From positions 12,503-76,502 of the forward strand of contig JBDNFC010000060.1 of the NCBI GenBank assembly GCA_041690035.1: 64,000 nucleotides of DNA, in the 5' to 3' direction. Under the pieces are notes generated by a model. It was not told the origin of the DNA, ran no database searches, and saw nothing but the letters and a program-made list of their open reading frames with translations. The position numbers were made by a program, and so were the translations under genes. Position 1 is the first letter of the stretch. Each line of letters opens with the position of its first letter. This document shows, in pieces, positions 19,701 to 29,656 of this stretch. The stretch is from Bacteroidia bacterium. GTDB taxonomy: Bacteria; Bacteroidota; Bacteroidia; NS11-12g; UBA955.

Positions 19701-21906
19701 GCCTAACTTTGGAAAAGATTCTGTGGCTTGGTATTGGCGTGCAAATGTAAATATTGGGGGAACCCAAGGTGGCGGATCTGTAGACAGGTCTTTTACAAAT
19801 ATTAAAAACCATACCAGGGGCTGGTGCCAAACAGAATTTCCGCAATTTATGCAAGGCACACCATCTGTTATTAAGCTAGATACCTCTAATAGAAGATTTG
19901 AATTCATAAATCTTCAAAAACCTATTTGGGTGGATATGACCTTCAATCCTTCTGGCAAGGGGGTAAAAGAAGGAGGCTTAGGATCGAGCGATTTAAACTT
20001 TGGCGTTGGTCAGAACAGAATTGGTTTTCCACAATACGATTGCCCAGCTCAAGGCATTGTGCTGATGCTATGGGATCAATACACTCTAGACAGGTTTTTG
20101 TTACCTGGTATTAGACCCAGATGTTATTGGGGTAGTGTTTTTGAACCTCACAGTCCAGGAGACCAATCGGCAAATGCAAGGTACCAAGCTTATTACACAT
20201 TTGATTTGGCAGATGCAGGCCAACAAATTGAATTTATCAACCTTGTTAATACTATACCACTAAACACCTATATTACTGGCTATTCCTACAATAGTATCAA
20301 CCCATCTTTGTGGACTCCAGCAGTAAAAGCCGCATTTAATAGTATGGGTTGTATTAAAACAGATAGTATTACCGATGCTTTAACTACCTACGTTTTTGTA
20401 GGTCAAAAAGGAGCAACGAAAGGCAGTATTACTGAAGATTATGTAATCTATGACCCTGCCACTAATTCGGGATATGTGGGTATAAAAGGCACTATGAATG
20501 GCGCAGGAAGCAGAGGATGGCTTACTTCAGAAAAAATTGGCCCAGTAGATTCTTGGGGCGCTGTTTATCATTGGTTTAAAACGGATGAGCCAGACCCAAC
20601 GATAGACGTGTATTTTGTAGATGTGTATGGTGTAAAAAACAATGGAAAAGACACGTTGCTTAAATCCAGATTAACCCAAAGCCCTATTTCAATATCAGAC
20701 ATAGACCCTAATATTTATAAATTTATTTATCTAAAAGCACATTTTGAAGATATCGTTAATAATACCGCACCTCAACTGCAAGAATGGAGAGTTACCTATA
20801 AACCTGTGCCAGAAGGTACTATAGACCCAGGTAAAAATTTTGTTTTTCATAAAGATACTTTAGAAGAAGGCGATTCTTTTAGATTTAAAATTAATTTTAC
20901 AAATATTTCTCAGTTAAATTTTAAACCAAATTTATCTGCCAAATACAAACTCTTTAATAAAGAAAAACAAACCTTAATTGATAGTGGTAGAATAATTTAT
21001 CAACCCATTCTGTTTAAAGACAGTTCTTTTATTTTTGATTATAAACACAGCACTGTTGGACTAAACGGAAACTATCAATTTGAATTACTATACAATGAAA
21101 ACTATGAACAGCAAGAGCAATTGCTTATTAATAATGCTGCTATATTCAACTTTTTTATCAAAAAAGATATCATCAATCCTTTATTAGACATTACATTTGA
21201 TGGCAGACATATTATCAATAATGAAATTGTATCACCAAATCCTAAAATACATATTGTATCTAAAGATAATAACAAATTGCTTTTACAAAATGATACAAAT
21301 ACATTTACCTTAGCACTTAAATATCCAAATAGCAATAGTTTTACAGATATTCCTATCACATCCCCAAATGTAAATTTTATTCCCGCCACCAATAGCAGTA
21401 ATGTAGCTCAACTAGATTTTAACCCCACAGGTTTGCAAGATGGCACTTATACTTTAAAAGTACAGAGTAGAGATGGCAGCAAGAATGAGGCAGGAAGCCT
21501 TTTTTATGAAATTAGCTTCAGGGTGATTAATGAGCAATCTGTAACAAATTTTTATCCCTATCCTAACCCTTTTAGCACTAGCATGAAATTTGTTTTTACA
21601 CTCACTGGCAATGAACTTCCGCAAGATGTGCGCATAAGCATTATGACTTTGAGTGGCAAAGTGGTGCGCCAAATCACAAAAAACGAATTAGGACAATTGC
21701 GCATAGGCAACAACATTAGCGATTTTACCTGGGATGGCACAGACCAATTTGGCGATAAACTGGCCAATGGTGTTTATTTATATAAAGTAGATGTTACAGA
21801 CACCAATGGCAAAGAGATGAAAGAAGCCGACTTTGATGCAGCAGATGCTCAGAACAGAGAAAAATATTTTAAGAAAAATATTGGAAAAATTTATATCATG
21901 CGCTAA
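16768..21906 (+). CDS. A 1712-aa gingipain-like (peptidase C25) domain protein with a T9SS type A C-terminal domain; PorU-like
   Basis: It has a signal peptide. A C25-like catalytic region, ...NLITFLGHGSASVF...ICYFNGCSTGNPF, supplies a His/Cys dyad context. The C-terminus, FYPYPNPFSTSMKFVFTL...ISIMTLSGKVVRQI...FTWDGTDQFGDKLANGVYLYKV, is a type A sorting domain. Confidence 0.55.
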   Translation: MNLFVKVKKRSFLKLIVFSLLIFIQVENYAQRFANEWIKPNQTYFKFKVAKEGIHRIDYFSLTTAVTQAGIQLSALKPNKIQVFHLGIELPIFVEGEADGAFNINDFVEFYATPNDGKLDTKLYPNGIIDQLHDKYSLYGDTGVYFVTFLPDTSGRNGLRSLIYNNTVLSGPKYRYHVASSFAFENTNYHYGVPYALSATDMHQSEYTNGEGYRSEFFGYGSVLANKKIVHLSSNFLENTGFNPTLEFCFMGNNNWRQSNPDHRMKVLMGKRIDLLQEKFDTTFEGFAVINRKISLNLSELDTGLDLSFQVIQNSNYPTQHARFSHAELIYPATFNLNNTSAKKFILEPEFFAPRHVSWTNYKTGYNSPIVYCLNKPAKITASVNPLSECSFMTPQNNSYDTFFICDENDVIFINKLERSALIDFNTHVNKYNYVLVSGKKLTASAEKYAIYRSNGFTPVLVYVEDLYNSFSYGYRHPLSIRNYADFMLEKSDTFWPKHLTLLGKGFQTDGARDLNYQEQEVVPTIGVPGSDNMFTSGLKHSILWEPAIPTGRISAINTKDVDNYLEKLRSYESAGNAYWRKEVMHLGGGQDAGQAGRILNTLNDAKTIVENGAFAGKVITFSRSSKSLIDPDVRNSTIQAFKDGKNLITFLGHGSASVFDLDVGTPDEYRNVGKYPICYFNGCSTGNPFGYETAGASDLSYGLQMMKLAKSGSIVFMAQTNLAEESTVSRQISVFYSEAFKNSYGMSVGEIMKNTIKNTQSASSFLTQSHSRQLLYQGDPAITFFAPNKPEYQITAQHVTLEPSIVSALADSFILRIKIENLGSYGKDSILLHIKRLYPDNITERFFELKLPPIQYEYTLNYAIYSKDPSTAGVNKFTIDINPFKTISELSERYDNNRVVKDLQIARNGISLVYPERFAIIEGDSVELIFQPLDLFTQNQQFNVYLDTSWRFDSINSGAFRQTTINEAFLCKWKVKLPNFGKDSVAWYWRANVNIGGTQGGGSVDRSFTNIKNHTRGWCQTEFPQFMQGTPSVIKLDTSNRRFEFINLQKPIWVDMTFNPSGKGVKEGGLGSSDLNFGVGQNRIGFPQYDCPAQGIVLMLWDQYTLDRFLLPGIRPRCYWGSVFEPHSPGDQSANARYQAYYTFDLADAGQQIEFINLVNTIPLNTYITGYSYNSINPSLWTPAVKAAFNSMGCIKTDSITDALTTYVFVGQKGATKGSITEDYVIYDPATNSGYVGIKGTMNGAGSRGWLTSEKIGPVDSWGAVYHWFKTDEPDPTIDVYFVDVYGVKNNGKDTLLKSRLTQSPISISDIDPNIYKFIYLKAHFEDIVNNTAPQLQEWRVTYKPVPEGTIDPGKNFVFHKDTLEEGDSFRFKINFTNISQLNFKPNLSAKYKLFNKEKQTLIDSGRIIYQPILFKDSSFIFDYKHSTVGLNGNYQFELLYNENYEQQEQLLINNAAIFNFFIKKDIINPLLDITFDGRHIINNEIVSPNPKIHIVSKDNNKLLLQNDTNTFTLALKYPNSNSFTDIPITSPNVNFIPATNSSNVAQLDFNPTGLQDGTYTLKVQSRDGSKNEAGSLFYEISFRVINEQSVTNFYPYPNPFSTSMKFVFTLTGNELPQDVRISIMTLSGKVVRQITKNELGQLRIGNNISDFTWDGTDQFGDKLANGVYLYKVDVTDTNGKEMKEADFDAADAQNREKYFKKNIGKIYIMR

Positions 21907-22112
21907 ACCCAACTTACGTATTATAAATGCGTAATCTCATAAATATTTGTGTATTATTCCAAAAAAATTGGAATAATTGGAATTCCAGTATGATTAAAAC
22001 CTAAATTAAACCTAAATAAATATTTATCAATTAATACTTTTCTATAGCTATAAATAAATCTTGAAGATTGCTGATATTAAAAAATTTTTAAATAATAACT
22101 ATTAATGCTATT

Positions 22113-23072
22113 TTATGATTCTATGTAAACTCCCATATTGCCAAATTTAGCAATTCGCTCATTGATAAGTGTTTGGGTATCTTTTTTCAATAAAGCTTTA
22201 AGTTGTTTGCTAATTTCTTTTTTTACTGTTTTATAGTTAGCCACTATATCATTGTGTGCCCCACCCAATGGCTCTTTAATCACCCCATCAATCAATTTAT
22301 TGGCAAGCATATTCTCACTTGTTAGTTTTAATGCCTCAGCGGCAATTGCTTTAAAATCCCAACTTCTCCATAAAATAGAAGAGCAAGATTCTGGAGAAAT
22401 AACACTGTACCAGGTATGCTCCATCATAAGAACTTTATCGCCTACGCCAATACCCAATGCGCCACCACTTGCGCCCTCGCCAATTACGATACAAATTATT
22501 GGCACTTTTAGAACAGACATTTCAAACAAATTTCTTGCAATTGCCTCTCCTTGCCCACGTTCTTCAGCCTCTAATCCTGGCGAGGCTCCAGGAGTATCTA
22601 TCAGCGTAACTACTGGCACATCAAATTTTTCTGCTAATTTCATCAAACGCAAAGCTTTTCTATATCCTTCAGGATTAGCCATTCCGAAATTTCTATGTTG
22701 TCTTTGCTTTGTGTTGCGTCCTTTTTGATGACCTAATATCATCACAGATTGCCCATCAATTCTAGCAAATCCACCAACAATAGCAGGGTCGTCTTTTATA
22801 TTTCTATCTCCATGTAATTCTACAAAATTACTACAAATATGCTCAATATAATCTAAGGTATATGGTCGCTCTGGATGCCTGCTTATTTGAACCCTTTGCC
22901 AACCAGTTAAGCTTTGGTACAAAGATGTGCGGGTAATTGAAATATTATCCTCAATACTCATTATAGTATCTTGCATATTTACTTTGCCCTTTTCATGAGT
23001 CTCTTTTGCTTTATTTAGTTGCTCATAGAGTTCTTCTAAGGGCTTTTCGAAATCTAAAAAGTTACTTGCCAT
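22113..23072 (-). CDS. accA: Acetyl-CoA carboxylase carboxyltransferase alpha subunit
   Basis: The 319-aa ORF has the typical AccA N-terminus, [15 protein letters not shown], and an AccA-typical GGA..GIG glycine-rich region ([16 protein letters not shown]). Confidence 0.9.
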   Translation of the reverse strand: MASNFLDFEKPLEELYEQLNKAKETHEKGKVNMQDTIMSIEDNISITRTSLYQSLTGWQRVQISRHPERPYTLDYIEHICSNFVELHGDRNIKDDPAIVGGFARIDGQSVMILGHQKGRNTKQRQHRNFGMANPEGYRKALRLMKLAEKFDVPVVTLIDTPGASPGLEAEERGQGEAIARNLFEMSVLKVPIICIVIGEGASGGALGIGVGDKVLMMEHTWYSVISPESCSSILWRSWDFKAIAAEALKLTSENMLANKLIDGVIKEPLGGAHNDIVANYKTVKKEISKQLKALLKKDTQTLINERIAKFGNMGVYIES

Positions 23073-23083
23073 TGTTTTGTTGT

Positions 23084-24424
23084 TTATGGTCTAAGGTCGA
23101 AATCGTTCATAAAAGCTGTAGTAAAATTGCCTTTTCTAAACTCTGGATGCTGCATAATTCTTAAGTGCAATGGAATAGTGGTTTGAACACCTTCTATAAT
23201 AAATTCTGACAAAGCTCGCTCCATTTTTACAATGGCTTCTTCTCTTGTTTGATGCGAAACTATTAATTTTGCTATCATACTGTCGTAGTTAGAAGGTATT
23301 GTATAACCGGCATAAGCATGGGTATCTACTCGCACTCCATGCCCGCCTGGACTATGAAAAGTAGTAATCGTTCCTGGACAAGGTCTGAAATTATTAAAAG
23401 GATCTTCTGCGTTTATACGACATTCAATGGCATGTTTTGTGGGCTCATAATCTTTGCCAGATATCGTGGCGCCTCCTGCAATTAATATCTGCTCTTTTAC
23501 CAAATCGTAATTTATTACTTCCTCTGTTACAGGATGTTCTACTTGAATTCTGGTATTCATTTCCATAAAATAGAAATTTCGATGCTTGTCCACTAAAAAT
23601 TCCACGGTTCCTACACCTTCATACCCAATGCTCTCAGCAGCTTTTTTTGCCGCATCGCCCATTTTTTTCCTTAACTCAGGTGTCATAAATGGCGAAGGAG
23701 ATTCTTCAATAAGTTTTTGGTGTCTTCTTTGAATAGAGCAATCACGCTCACTTAGATGACACACTTTTCCGAATTGATCGCCTGCTATTTGTATTTCTAT
23801 ATGTCTTGGTTCTTCAATGTATTTTTCTAAATATACACCATCGTTTCCAAAAGCTGCACTTGCCTCCTGTCTTGCACTGCTCCAAGCAGATTCAAATTCT
23901 TTATCTTCCCAGATTATCCTCATACCTTTACCTCCACCACCTGCGGTAGCTTTTAGTATTACTGGATAGCCAATTTTTTTGGCCACCAAAATGCCTTGTT
24001 TAACATCGGCTAATAAGCCTTCAGATCCAGGAATTGTTGGCACACCTGCTTTTATCATTGTTGCTTTGGCATTGGCTTTATCGCCCATTCCAATAATTTG
24101 TTCGGGAGTGGCACCAATAAATTTGATGTTGTGGTCTCTACAAATTTCCGAAAATTTAGCATTTTCACTCAAAAATCCGTAACCAGGGTGTATTGCGTCC
24201 GCATTCGTTATTTCGGCTGCTGCGATAATATGAGAAATTTTTAAGTATGAATCTTTGCTTGGTGGAGGCCCTATGCATACAGCTTCGTCTGCAAATCTAA
24301 GGTGAAGGCTATCTTTATCAGCGGTTGAGTATACGGCCACTGTTTTTATGCCCATCTCTTTGCAGGTTCGTATAATTCGCATGGCTATTTCACCACGATT
24401 TGCTATCAATATTTTTTTAAGCAT
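23084..24424 (-). CDS. accC: Biotin carboxylase
   Basis: The 446-aa ORF has [17 protein letters not shown] and an ATP-grasp core, [14 protein letters not shown]. Confidence 0.92.
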   Translation of the reverse strand: MLKKILIANRGEIAMRIIRTCKEMGIKTVAVYSTADKDSLHLRFADEAVCIGPPPSKDSYLKISHIIAAAEITNADAIHPGYGFLSENAKFSEICRDHNIKFIGATPEQIIGMGDKANAKATMIKAGVPTIPGSEGLLADVKQGILVAKKIGYPVILKATAGGGGKGMRIIWEDKEFESAWSSARQEASAAFGNDGVYLEKYIEEPRHIEIQIAGDQFGKVCHLSERDCSIQRRHQKLIEESPSPFMTPELRKKMGDAAKKAAESIGYEGVGTVEFLVDKHRNFYFMEMNTRIQVEHPVTEEVINYDLVKEQILIAGGATISGKDYEPTKHAIECRINAEDPFNNFRPCPGTITTFHSPGGHGVRVDTHAYAGYTIPSNYDSMIAKLIVSHQTREEAIVKMERALSEFIIEGVQTTIPLHLRIMQHPEFRKGNFTTAFMNDFDLRP

Positions 24425-24453
24425 GTTTTAGAACTTTATATTAAAATGCAGGG

Positions 24454-24924
24454 TTAAATGGGTTCTACCAAAAAGAGTGGTTGTCCATATTCTACCGGTG
24501 TAGCATTATCTACTAATACTTTTACAATTCTACCGCTAACCTCAGATTCTATTTCATTAAACAATTTCATAGCTTCAATAATACAAACTATTTTTCCTTC
24601 AACTATCTCATCTCCTATATTAACAAATAATGGGCTTTCTGGGCTTGCTGATCTATAAAATGTACCAATCATTGGTGACTTAACTTCTATCAGATTAGAT
24701 ACAGCAGGCACTGCTGCGGGTGCAGCAGCAATAGCAACTAATGGAGCTACTGGCATTTGTGCAACCGCCATTGATTGTTGCTGTGCAACAAATTGAGAAT
24801 TAACTGGTCCAAATTTATCAGCTTTCTTAATAGAAAGTTTAAAATCTTTTCTTTCAATGCATACTTCATCAACTCCCTGTGAAGCAACAAATTTTATTAG
24901 GGCTTGTATTTCTTTTATATCCAT
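24454..24924 (-). CDS. accB: Biotin carboxyl carrier protein
   Basis: It has an Ala/Pro-rich linker and a biotinyl-lysine motif, EAMKLFNEI. Confidence 0.88.
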   Translation of the reverse strand: MDIKEIQALIKFVASQGVDEVCIERKDFKLSIKKADKFGPVNSQFVAQQQSMAVAQMPVAPLVAIAAAPAAVPAVSNLIEVKSPMIGTFYRSASPESPLFVNIGDEIVEGKIVCIIEAMKLFNEIESEVSGRIVKVLVDNATPVEYGQPLFLVEPI

Positions 24925-24963
24925 TTGTATAAATATTTATATTGTTTAATTTAGTTTAATCTT

Positions 24964-25968
24964 TTAAGCATTATATGCCCATTTTAGGTATAGCGCACCC
25001 CAAGTAAATCCTCCACCAAAGGTAGCAAAGATGAGGGTGTCTCCTTGTTTAAAGGTTTTTTCAAAATCGGAAAGTAATAAAGGCAATGTGCCATTAGTAG
25101 TATTGCCGTATTTCTCAATATTCATTAATACTTTTTCTATTGGCAATCCCATCCTTTCTGCTGTGTAATCTATAATGCGTTTATTTGCTTGATGTGCCAA
25201 TAGCCAATCTACATCAGCTGATGAAAGATTATTTCTTTGCATAATTTCTGCTGCAGTTTCAGACATATTTGTTGTTGCAAATTTAAACACCGTTTTGCCT
25301 TCTTGATAAACAAAATGTTCTCTGGCATCAATAGTTTCATAGCTAGGTGGCTTTAGCGAACCCCCTGCTTTTTGATGCAAAAATTCTCTTCCTGCTCCAT
25401 CTACTTTGCATATTGCGTCTATTAAGCCATATCCTTCGGTATTTGGTTCTAATAATACCACTCCGCCTCCGTCACCAAAAATAATACATGTATTTCTATC
25501 GGTATAGTCAATAATGGCACTCATTTTATCAAAACCGCATACCAATACTTTTTTATGTTTTCCCGTAACTATAAATTGTGCTGCAGTTTCTAATCCAAAT
25601 AAAAATCCACTGCAAGCAGCAGCCAAATCAAATCCCCAAGCATTTTTTAACCCCGCTTTATCACATATAATATTAGAAGTAGCAGGAAAAATTAAATCGG
25701 GCGTCACCGTGCAGCAAATTACCAATTCTATTTCATTTTTATCAATATTTTTTTTACGCAAAAGGTCATTAATAGCTTCTACAGCCATATCACTTGTGGC
25801 TTTTCCCTTTTCTTTTAAAATATGTCTTTGTTTTATTCCTGTTCTAGAAATAATCCACTCATCACTAGTATCTACAAGCTTTTCTAAGTCCTTATTTGTA
25901 AGAATATCTGGAGGCAAGTAACTGCTCACTCCCGTGATTGCGGCTGTTATTTTTTGATTTTTATCCAC
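24964..25968 (-). CDS. fabH: 3-oxoacyl-ACP synthase III
   Basis: The 334-aa ORF has the active-site Cys context AAACSGFLFGL and a C-terminal GGGFTWGA. Confidence 0.9.
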   Translation of the reverse strand: MDKNQKITAAITGVSSYLPPDILTNKDLEKLVDTSDEWIISRTGIKQRHILKEKGKATSDMAVEAINDLLRKKNIDKNEIELVICCTVTPDLIFPATSNIICDKAGLKNAWGFDLAAACSGFLFGLETAAQFIVTGKHKKVLVCGFDKMSAIIDYTDRNTCIIFGDGGGVVLLEPNTEGYGLIDAICKVDGAGREFLHQKAGGSLKPPSYETIDAREHFVYQEGKTVFKFATTNMSETAAEIMQRNNLSSADVDWLLAHQANKRIIDYTAERMGLPIEKVLMNIEKYGNTTNGTLPLLLSDFEKTFKQGDTLIFATFGGGFTWGALYLKWAYNA

Positions 25969-25995
25969 TATTAAGGCTGCTAAGGTAATAAAAAA

Positions 25996-26931
25996 TTATA
26001 AAGCTGACTTAATTTTTTTTACAATTTCCAACTCTACTATACTTTCGCCTAACTTTATCATTTGATAAAAGGTAGCAGCTTTAGAAATTCCGTGTCCTAT
26101 AATTACATTTCCATTAACGCCTAATATTGGCACACCACCATAATTATTGAAATTAAACTTATCTAAAAAATCACTTTGAATGCCACTTTTAGCAATTTGA
26201 TAAAAAAGTCCCTCGGCTGTTTTTAAAACTGTATTGCCAGTAAAACCATCACAAACCACAACATCTGCAATTTTATCATTAAATAAATTTCGTCCTTCTA
26301 TATTTCCTACAAAATTTATATTGGGTGCTTGCTCTAATAATTCATAAGCCTGTTGAGCCAAAAGATTGCCCTTTCCTTTTTCTTCTCCAATATTCAATAA
26401 TGCTACCCTTGGATTCTTAATGTTATAAACTTCTTTAACATAGATACTTCCTAAGAGTCCAAATTGAGCTAAATATTCTGGTTTACAATCTGCATTTGCC
26501 CCTACATCTAAAATAAGTCCATTAATTTCTCCTGGTCGAGGCAAAACAGAATTAATTGTTGGTCTTAGAACACCTGGGATTGTTTTGAGAATAAAAACAG
26601 AAGCAGCCAACATTGCACCTGTATTGCCAGCACTAATAAAACAATCTGTTTTGCCCAATGCATGGTATTGCATACCAACACTTATTGAAGACTCTTTTTT
26701 TGCAGCAACTGCCCTAGCACCGTGCTCATTCATTGCAATATGCTCTTTACAGTCTACTATTTCAAAAAGATTCAGATCTATTGATAGTTCTAAAGATTTT
26801 TGGTCAATAAGATTCTTATCGCCAAATAATGTAATTTGATGTTTTGGAAAATCTGCTTTAAATTTTGCAGCTCCAATTAAGCATTGTGATGGCGAAAAAT
26901 CACCACCCATGGCATCTAGCCCTATACGCAT
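25996..26931 (-). CDS. plsX: Phosphate acyltransferase PlsX
   Basis: The 311-aa ORF has MRIGLDAMGGD and matches the rpmF-plsX-fabH synteny. Confidence 0.9.
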   Translation of the reverse strand: MRIGLDAMGGDFSPSQCLIGAAKFKADFPKHQITLFGDKNLIDQKSLELSIDLNLFEIVDCKEHIAMNEHGARAVAAKKESSISVGMQYHALGKTDCFISAGNTGAMLAASVFILKTIPGVLRPTINSVLPRPGEINGLILDVGANADCKPEYLAQFGLLGSIYVKEVYNIKNPRVALLNIGEEKGKGNLLAQQAYELLEQAPNINFVGNIEGRNLFNDKIADVVVCDGFTGNTVLKTAEGLFYQIAKSGIQSDFLDKFNFNNYGGVPILGVNGNVIIGHGISKAATFYQMIKLGESIVELEIVKKIKSAL

Positions 26932-26947
26932 GGTTAATTAGAAAATA

Positions 26948-27133
26948 TTAATCTTCTATTCGGCCTTTCATTACCTTGACACCTCTATACATTCCTGTAT
27001 CTAGGTTGACACGGTGGTATTGTGTAAATTCACCTGTAATAGGATCTGCTATCATAGGCTTAGTGGTTACCCCATGATGAGTTCTTCTTTTGTCTCTTCG
27101 GGATTTGGAGGTTTTTCTCTTAGGATGTGGCAT
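26948..27133 (-). CDS. rpmF: 50S ribosomal protein L32
   Basis: The 61-aa ORF begins MPHPKRKTSKSRRDKRRTHH. Confidence 0.9.
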   Translation of the reverse strand: MPHPKRKTSKSRRDKRRTHHGVTTKPMIADPITGEFTQYHRVNLDTGMYRGVKVMKGRIED

Positions 27134-27164
27134 AATTATTATTAATTTATACGTTGATTAAATA

Positions 27165-27710
27165 TTATTCGTTTTCTTTTTTTGGATTTACTAATGTTTT
27201 CAAAACATCCCACCTAGGGTCTTCTTCTGTTTTACTACTTCTATTATTGGGAGCTAATTCTTTTAATTTTTTCTCTACAATTGTATTACATGTTTTTTTA
27301 TCACTTTCTGCACATAGTATTTTCATAGGAACAGCCAAATGGCAGACATCGTAAATATATTTTGCTACATTTATCTGATAGTCTGCCAAACTTATATAGG
27401 TAATGTCATGTTCATTTTCCTTTATCTTTTCTGTCTGTTTTACCAAAAGGTTAAATTGGTAATTAATTGGCAAGTTTATAGTATCTAAGCATCTGTCACA
27501 TATAGCAGCAATAGTGCCATTAACTGTAAAATCCATGTCAAATACATGCGGTTGATCTTTATTTAGGCTAATAGCTACATCGATGTTACAATCAGTAATT
27601 ATTGTGTTTTCAAAATTTAAAAAGAACGAACTATCCAATTTGTAGTTAAACAAATGGTTTCCTTTGGATAATTTTATAAATACAATATCATAGTTACTTA
27701 ACTTATCCAT
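27165..27710 (-). CDS. yceD: YceD/DUF177 family protein (23S rRNA accumulation protein)
   Basis: It has a CDRCLD...C motif and the conserved position upstream of rpmF. Confidence 0.75.
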   Translation of the reverse strand: MDKLSNYDIVFIKLSKGNHLFNYKLDSSFFLNFENTIITDCNIDVAISLNKDQPHVFDMDFTVNGTIAAICDRCLDTINLPINYQFNLLVKQTEKIKENEHDITYISLADYQINVAKYIYDVCHLAVPMKILCAESDKKTCNTIVEKKLKELAPNNRSSKTEEDPRWDVLKTLVNPKKENE

Positions 27711-27785
27711 AAAAAACCATTTTTATTGTTGAACATAAATGGGGGCGCAAAGCTAATATTTATTTTTGATTTTTTTTACTTACTG

Positions 27786-28040
27786 TTAATAAACCTTTAG
27801 TATTTGAATATCATACCGCTCCATTACGGCATTTACCAATAATTTCTCACATCCAATTCGTGCAATTTCTGCAGCTTCGTGTTCATCTTTTGCCTCTAAT
27901 TCTAATATAATATGCTTGCCAATACGCACATTTTCGATTGATTTTAAATTTAAACTAAACAAGCCTTGTGCAACAGCTTTGCCCTGTGGGTCTAATAGAT
28001 TGTCGTGTGGCATTACATTTATAAGTGCTTTAAATTTCAT
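27786..28040 (-). CDS. purS: Phosphoribosylformylglycinamidine synthase subunit PurS
   Basis: The 84-aa ORF has LDPQGKAVAQGL and a typical PurS fold-length. Confidence 0.75.
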   Translation of the reverse strand: MKFKALINVMPHDNLLDPQGKAVAQGLFSLNLKSIENVRIGKHIILELEAKDEHEAAEIARIGCEKLLVNAVMERYDIQILKVY

Positions 28041-28133
28041 GATATATTATTTAAAAGTAAATTAAGAAGGGGCAAAGATAATATATTATTGCAAAAAATT
28101 GTGTTTTACAAAAAAGCCTTTATTCAAAGAAAA

Positions 28134-28820
28134 TTACTTGCTAAATTTTAAATAAATAATTGAAAATAAAACGTACCATATCACTGCAAATGACAATCCA
28201 ATTGCACCAAAAATTAGCACACAAGCAATACTTATCGTTGGAATAAGCAGAAGAAAAACATTATGCGCCAACAGTTTAAAATTGGTTTTGTTAGATAGCA
28301 GCTTAACATTACTTACCAAAAGGATTGCAGACAAAATAATATAAACTGGAAACAATAACTCAAACCATTCTGGATTTAGATGGCTGTATCCCTTTTTTTC
28401 AAAATCAAAGTAAATAGCAGATATGCATAAAGCATTTGCAGGAGTTGGTAATCCATAAAAATAATGACTATCGCGAATGTCGTGATTGAACTTAGCCAAC
28501 CGCCAAATACTAAATAAAGGTATCAATAAAGCCAAATAACATATTTTTTCTGGAAGTATCTGATATGCCATTAATCCGGGTAACACCCCAAAACTAATTC
28601 CATCAGCCAAACTATCTAAGTCTTTTCCAATTTCGCTGCTAGTTTTAGTCATTCTGGCAATAAAACCATCAAAGAAATCCAAAAGTAAAGAAATAAAAAT
28701 GCATGCAAAAGCAAATGCATAATCTTGCTCCATGACAAGTATAATTCCAAAAAAACCTGAAGCTAAGTTAGCCATAGTAAAATAATTGGCTAAATTATTT
28801 TTTAAATAACTTAATATCAT
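28134..28820 (-). CDS. pssA: CDP-alcohol phosphatidyltransferase, probably a phosphatidylserine synthase
   Basis: It has the DG..AR........G...D...D motif (DFFDGFIARMTKTSSEIGKDLDSLAD) and multiple TM segments. Confidence 0.75.
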   Translation of the reverse strand: MILSYLKNNLANYFTMANLASGFFGIILVMEQDYAFAFACIFISLLLDFFDGFIARMTKTSSEIGKDLDSLADGISFGVLPGLMAYQILPEKICYLALLIPLFSIWRLAKFNHDIRDSHYFYGLPTPANALCISAIYFDFEKKGYSHLNPEWFELLFPVYIILSAILLVSNVKLLSNKTNFKLLAHNVFLLLIPTISIACVLIFGAIGLSFAVIWYVLFSIIYLKFSK

Positions 28821-29200
28821 ATTTTTTGAAATCTAATGTTCAAAACCAATAAATTTATAAATACACACAAAAAGGAAATATAGGAAATGAAAATATAAAT
28901 ATTGTTGCTAAACTCAAATTTACTTATACTTATCCAAATCAAAACTGCAGCCATACTGCCCAAAACCATATTGATGCTTTTCTTTTTTTTAAAAACCGAA
29001 AAAACAAATTGGGCAATTAACAATCCAATAGAAAATGAAATTCCACATGCGATTAGACTCTTGCCTCCGGGCCAATGCAATATTTTAAAAATAAAACCCA
29101 GCAAAATGAGCAAAATATAAATGAGGTATGGCCAATATTTGGGAGTATAAACTGGCTTCGTTTTTAACAAATGCTCATCTAATATCTCTGGAGCAGCCAT
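28817..29200 (-). CDS. Hypothetical small membrane protein
   Basis: The 127-aa ORF has 3-4 predicted TM helices and a 4-nt overlap with pssA. Confidence 0.45.
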   Translation of the reverse strand: MAAPEILDEHLLKTKPVYTPKYWPYLIYILLILLGFIFKILHWPGGKSLIACGISFSIGLLIAQFVFSVFKKKKSINMVLGSMAAVLIWISISKFEFSNNIYIFISYISFLCVFINLLVLNIRFQKI

Positions 29201-29207
29201 AGTTTAA

Positions 29208-29411
29208 CTAATTTGTTTTGTTGGAAGTTTTATCTTGCCAATATCTTAGCACAGAATCAGCTTTTTCTTTATCAGATTTTTGGATATTTTCAATCATCCT
29301 ATCCGATTCTTCTTCTGTTTTTTCATTGCTTTCAGAATTACAAGCAGATATAAACATACCTAACAAAAATAAAAAATAAAGGCTATTTTTCTGGTTCATT
29401 TTCTGAATCAA
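29208..29411 (-). CDS. Small acidic lipoprotein
   Basis: It has a lipobox (MFISAC). It is the second gene of a tandem pair, and its start overlaps the end of the preceding lipoprotein gene (ATGAACCAGAAAAATAG). Confidence 0.5.
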   Translation of the reverse strand: MIQKMNQKNSLYFLFLLGMFISACNSESNEKTEEESDRMIENIQKSDKEKADSVLRYWQDKTSNKTN

Positions 29412-29622
29412 TTAGGGCCTCTTCAGCTTTTTTTGCCTCGTCCTCTTCCATCATTTTTTTCAATTCTTCTTCTCCTTGATTCAACTCATTTTGTATAGCA
29501 GTATCATTATCTATAACATCGCTCACATTTGATTGGTCTACGGCATCATTATTACCCTTACTGCTGCAGGCAGAAAATGTGATTAACGCAAAGGCACTTA
29601 GAATGATTATTGTTTTTTTCAT
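29383..29622 (-). CDS. Small acidic lipoprotein
   Basis: It begins MKKTIIILSAFALITFSAC, which contains a lipobox, and has a Glu/Asp-rich tail. Confidence 0.55.
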   Translation of the reverse strand: MKKTIIILSAFALITFSACSSKGNNDAVDQSNVSDVIDNDTAIQNELNQGEEELKKMMEEDEAKKAEEALIDSENEPEK

Positions 29623-29656
29623 AATTTATAAATTTATTTATTTGCTGCAATAATAA

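Noticed and set aside
21907-22112. AATTGGAAT direct repeat and TTACGTATTATAAATGCGTAA near-palindrome after the 1712-aa gene
   Set aside because: It is possibly a weak terminator, but the stem is imperfect, there is no T-tract, and the AT-rich background makes such repeats expected by chance.
22252-22728. Plus-strand 158-aa ORF inside accA
   Set aside because: It is antisense to accA and its Pro/Ser-rich translation has no domain.
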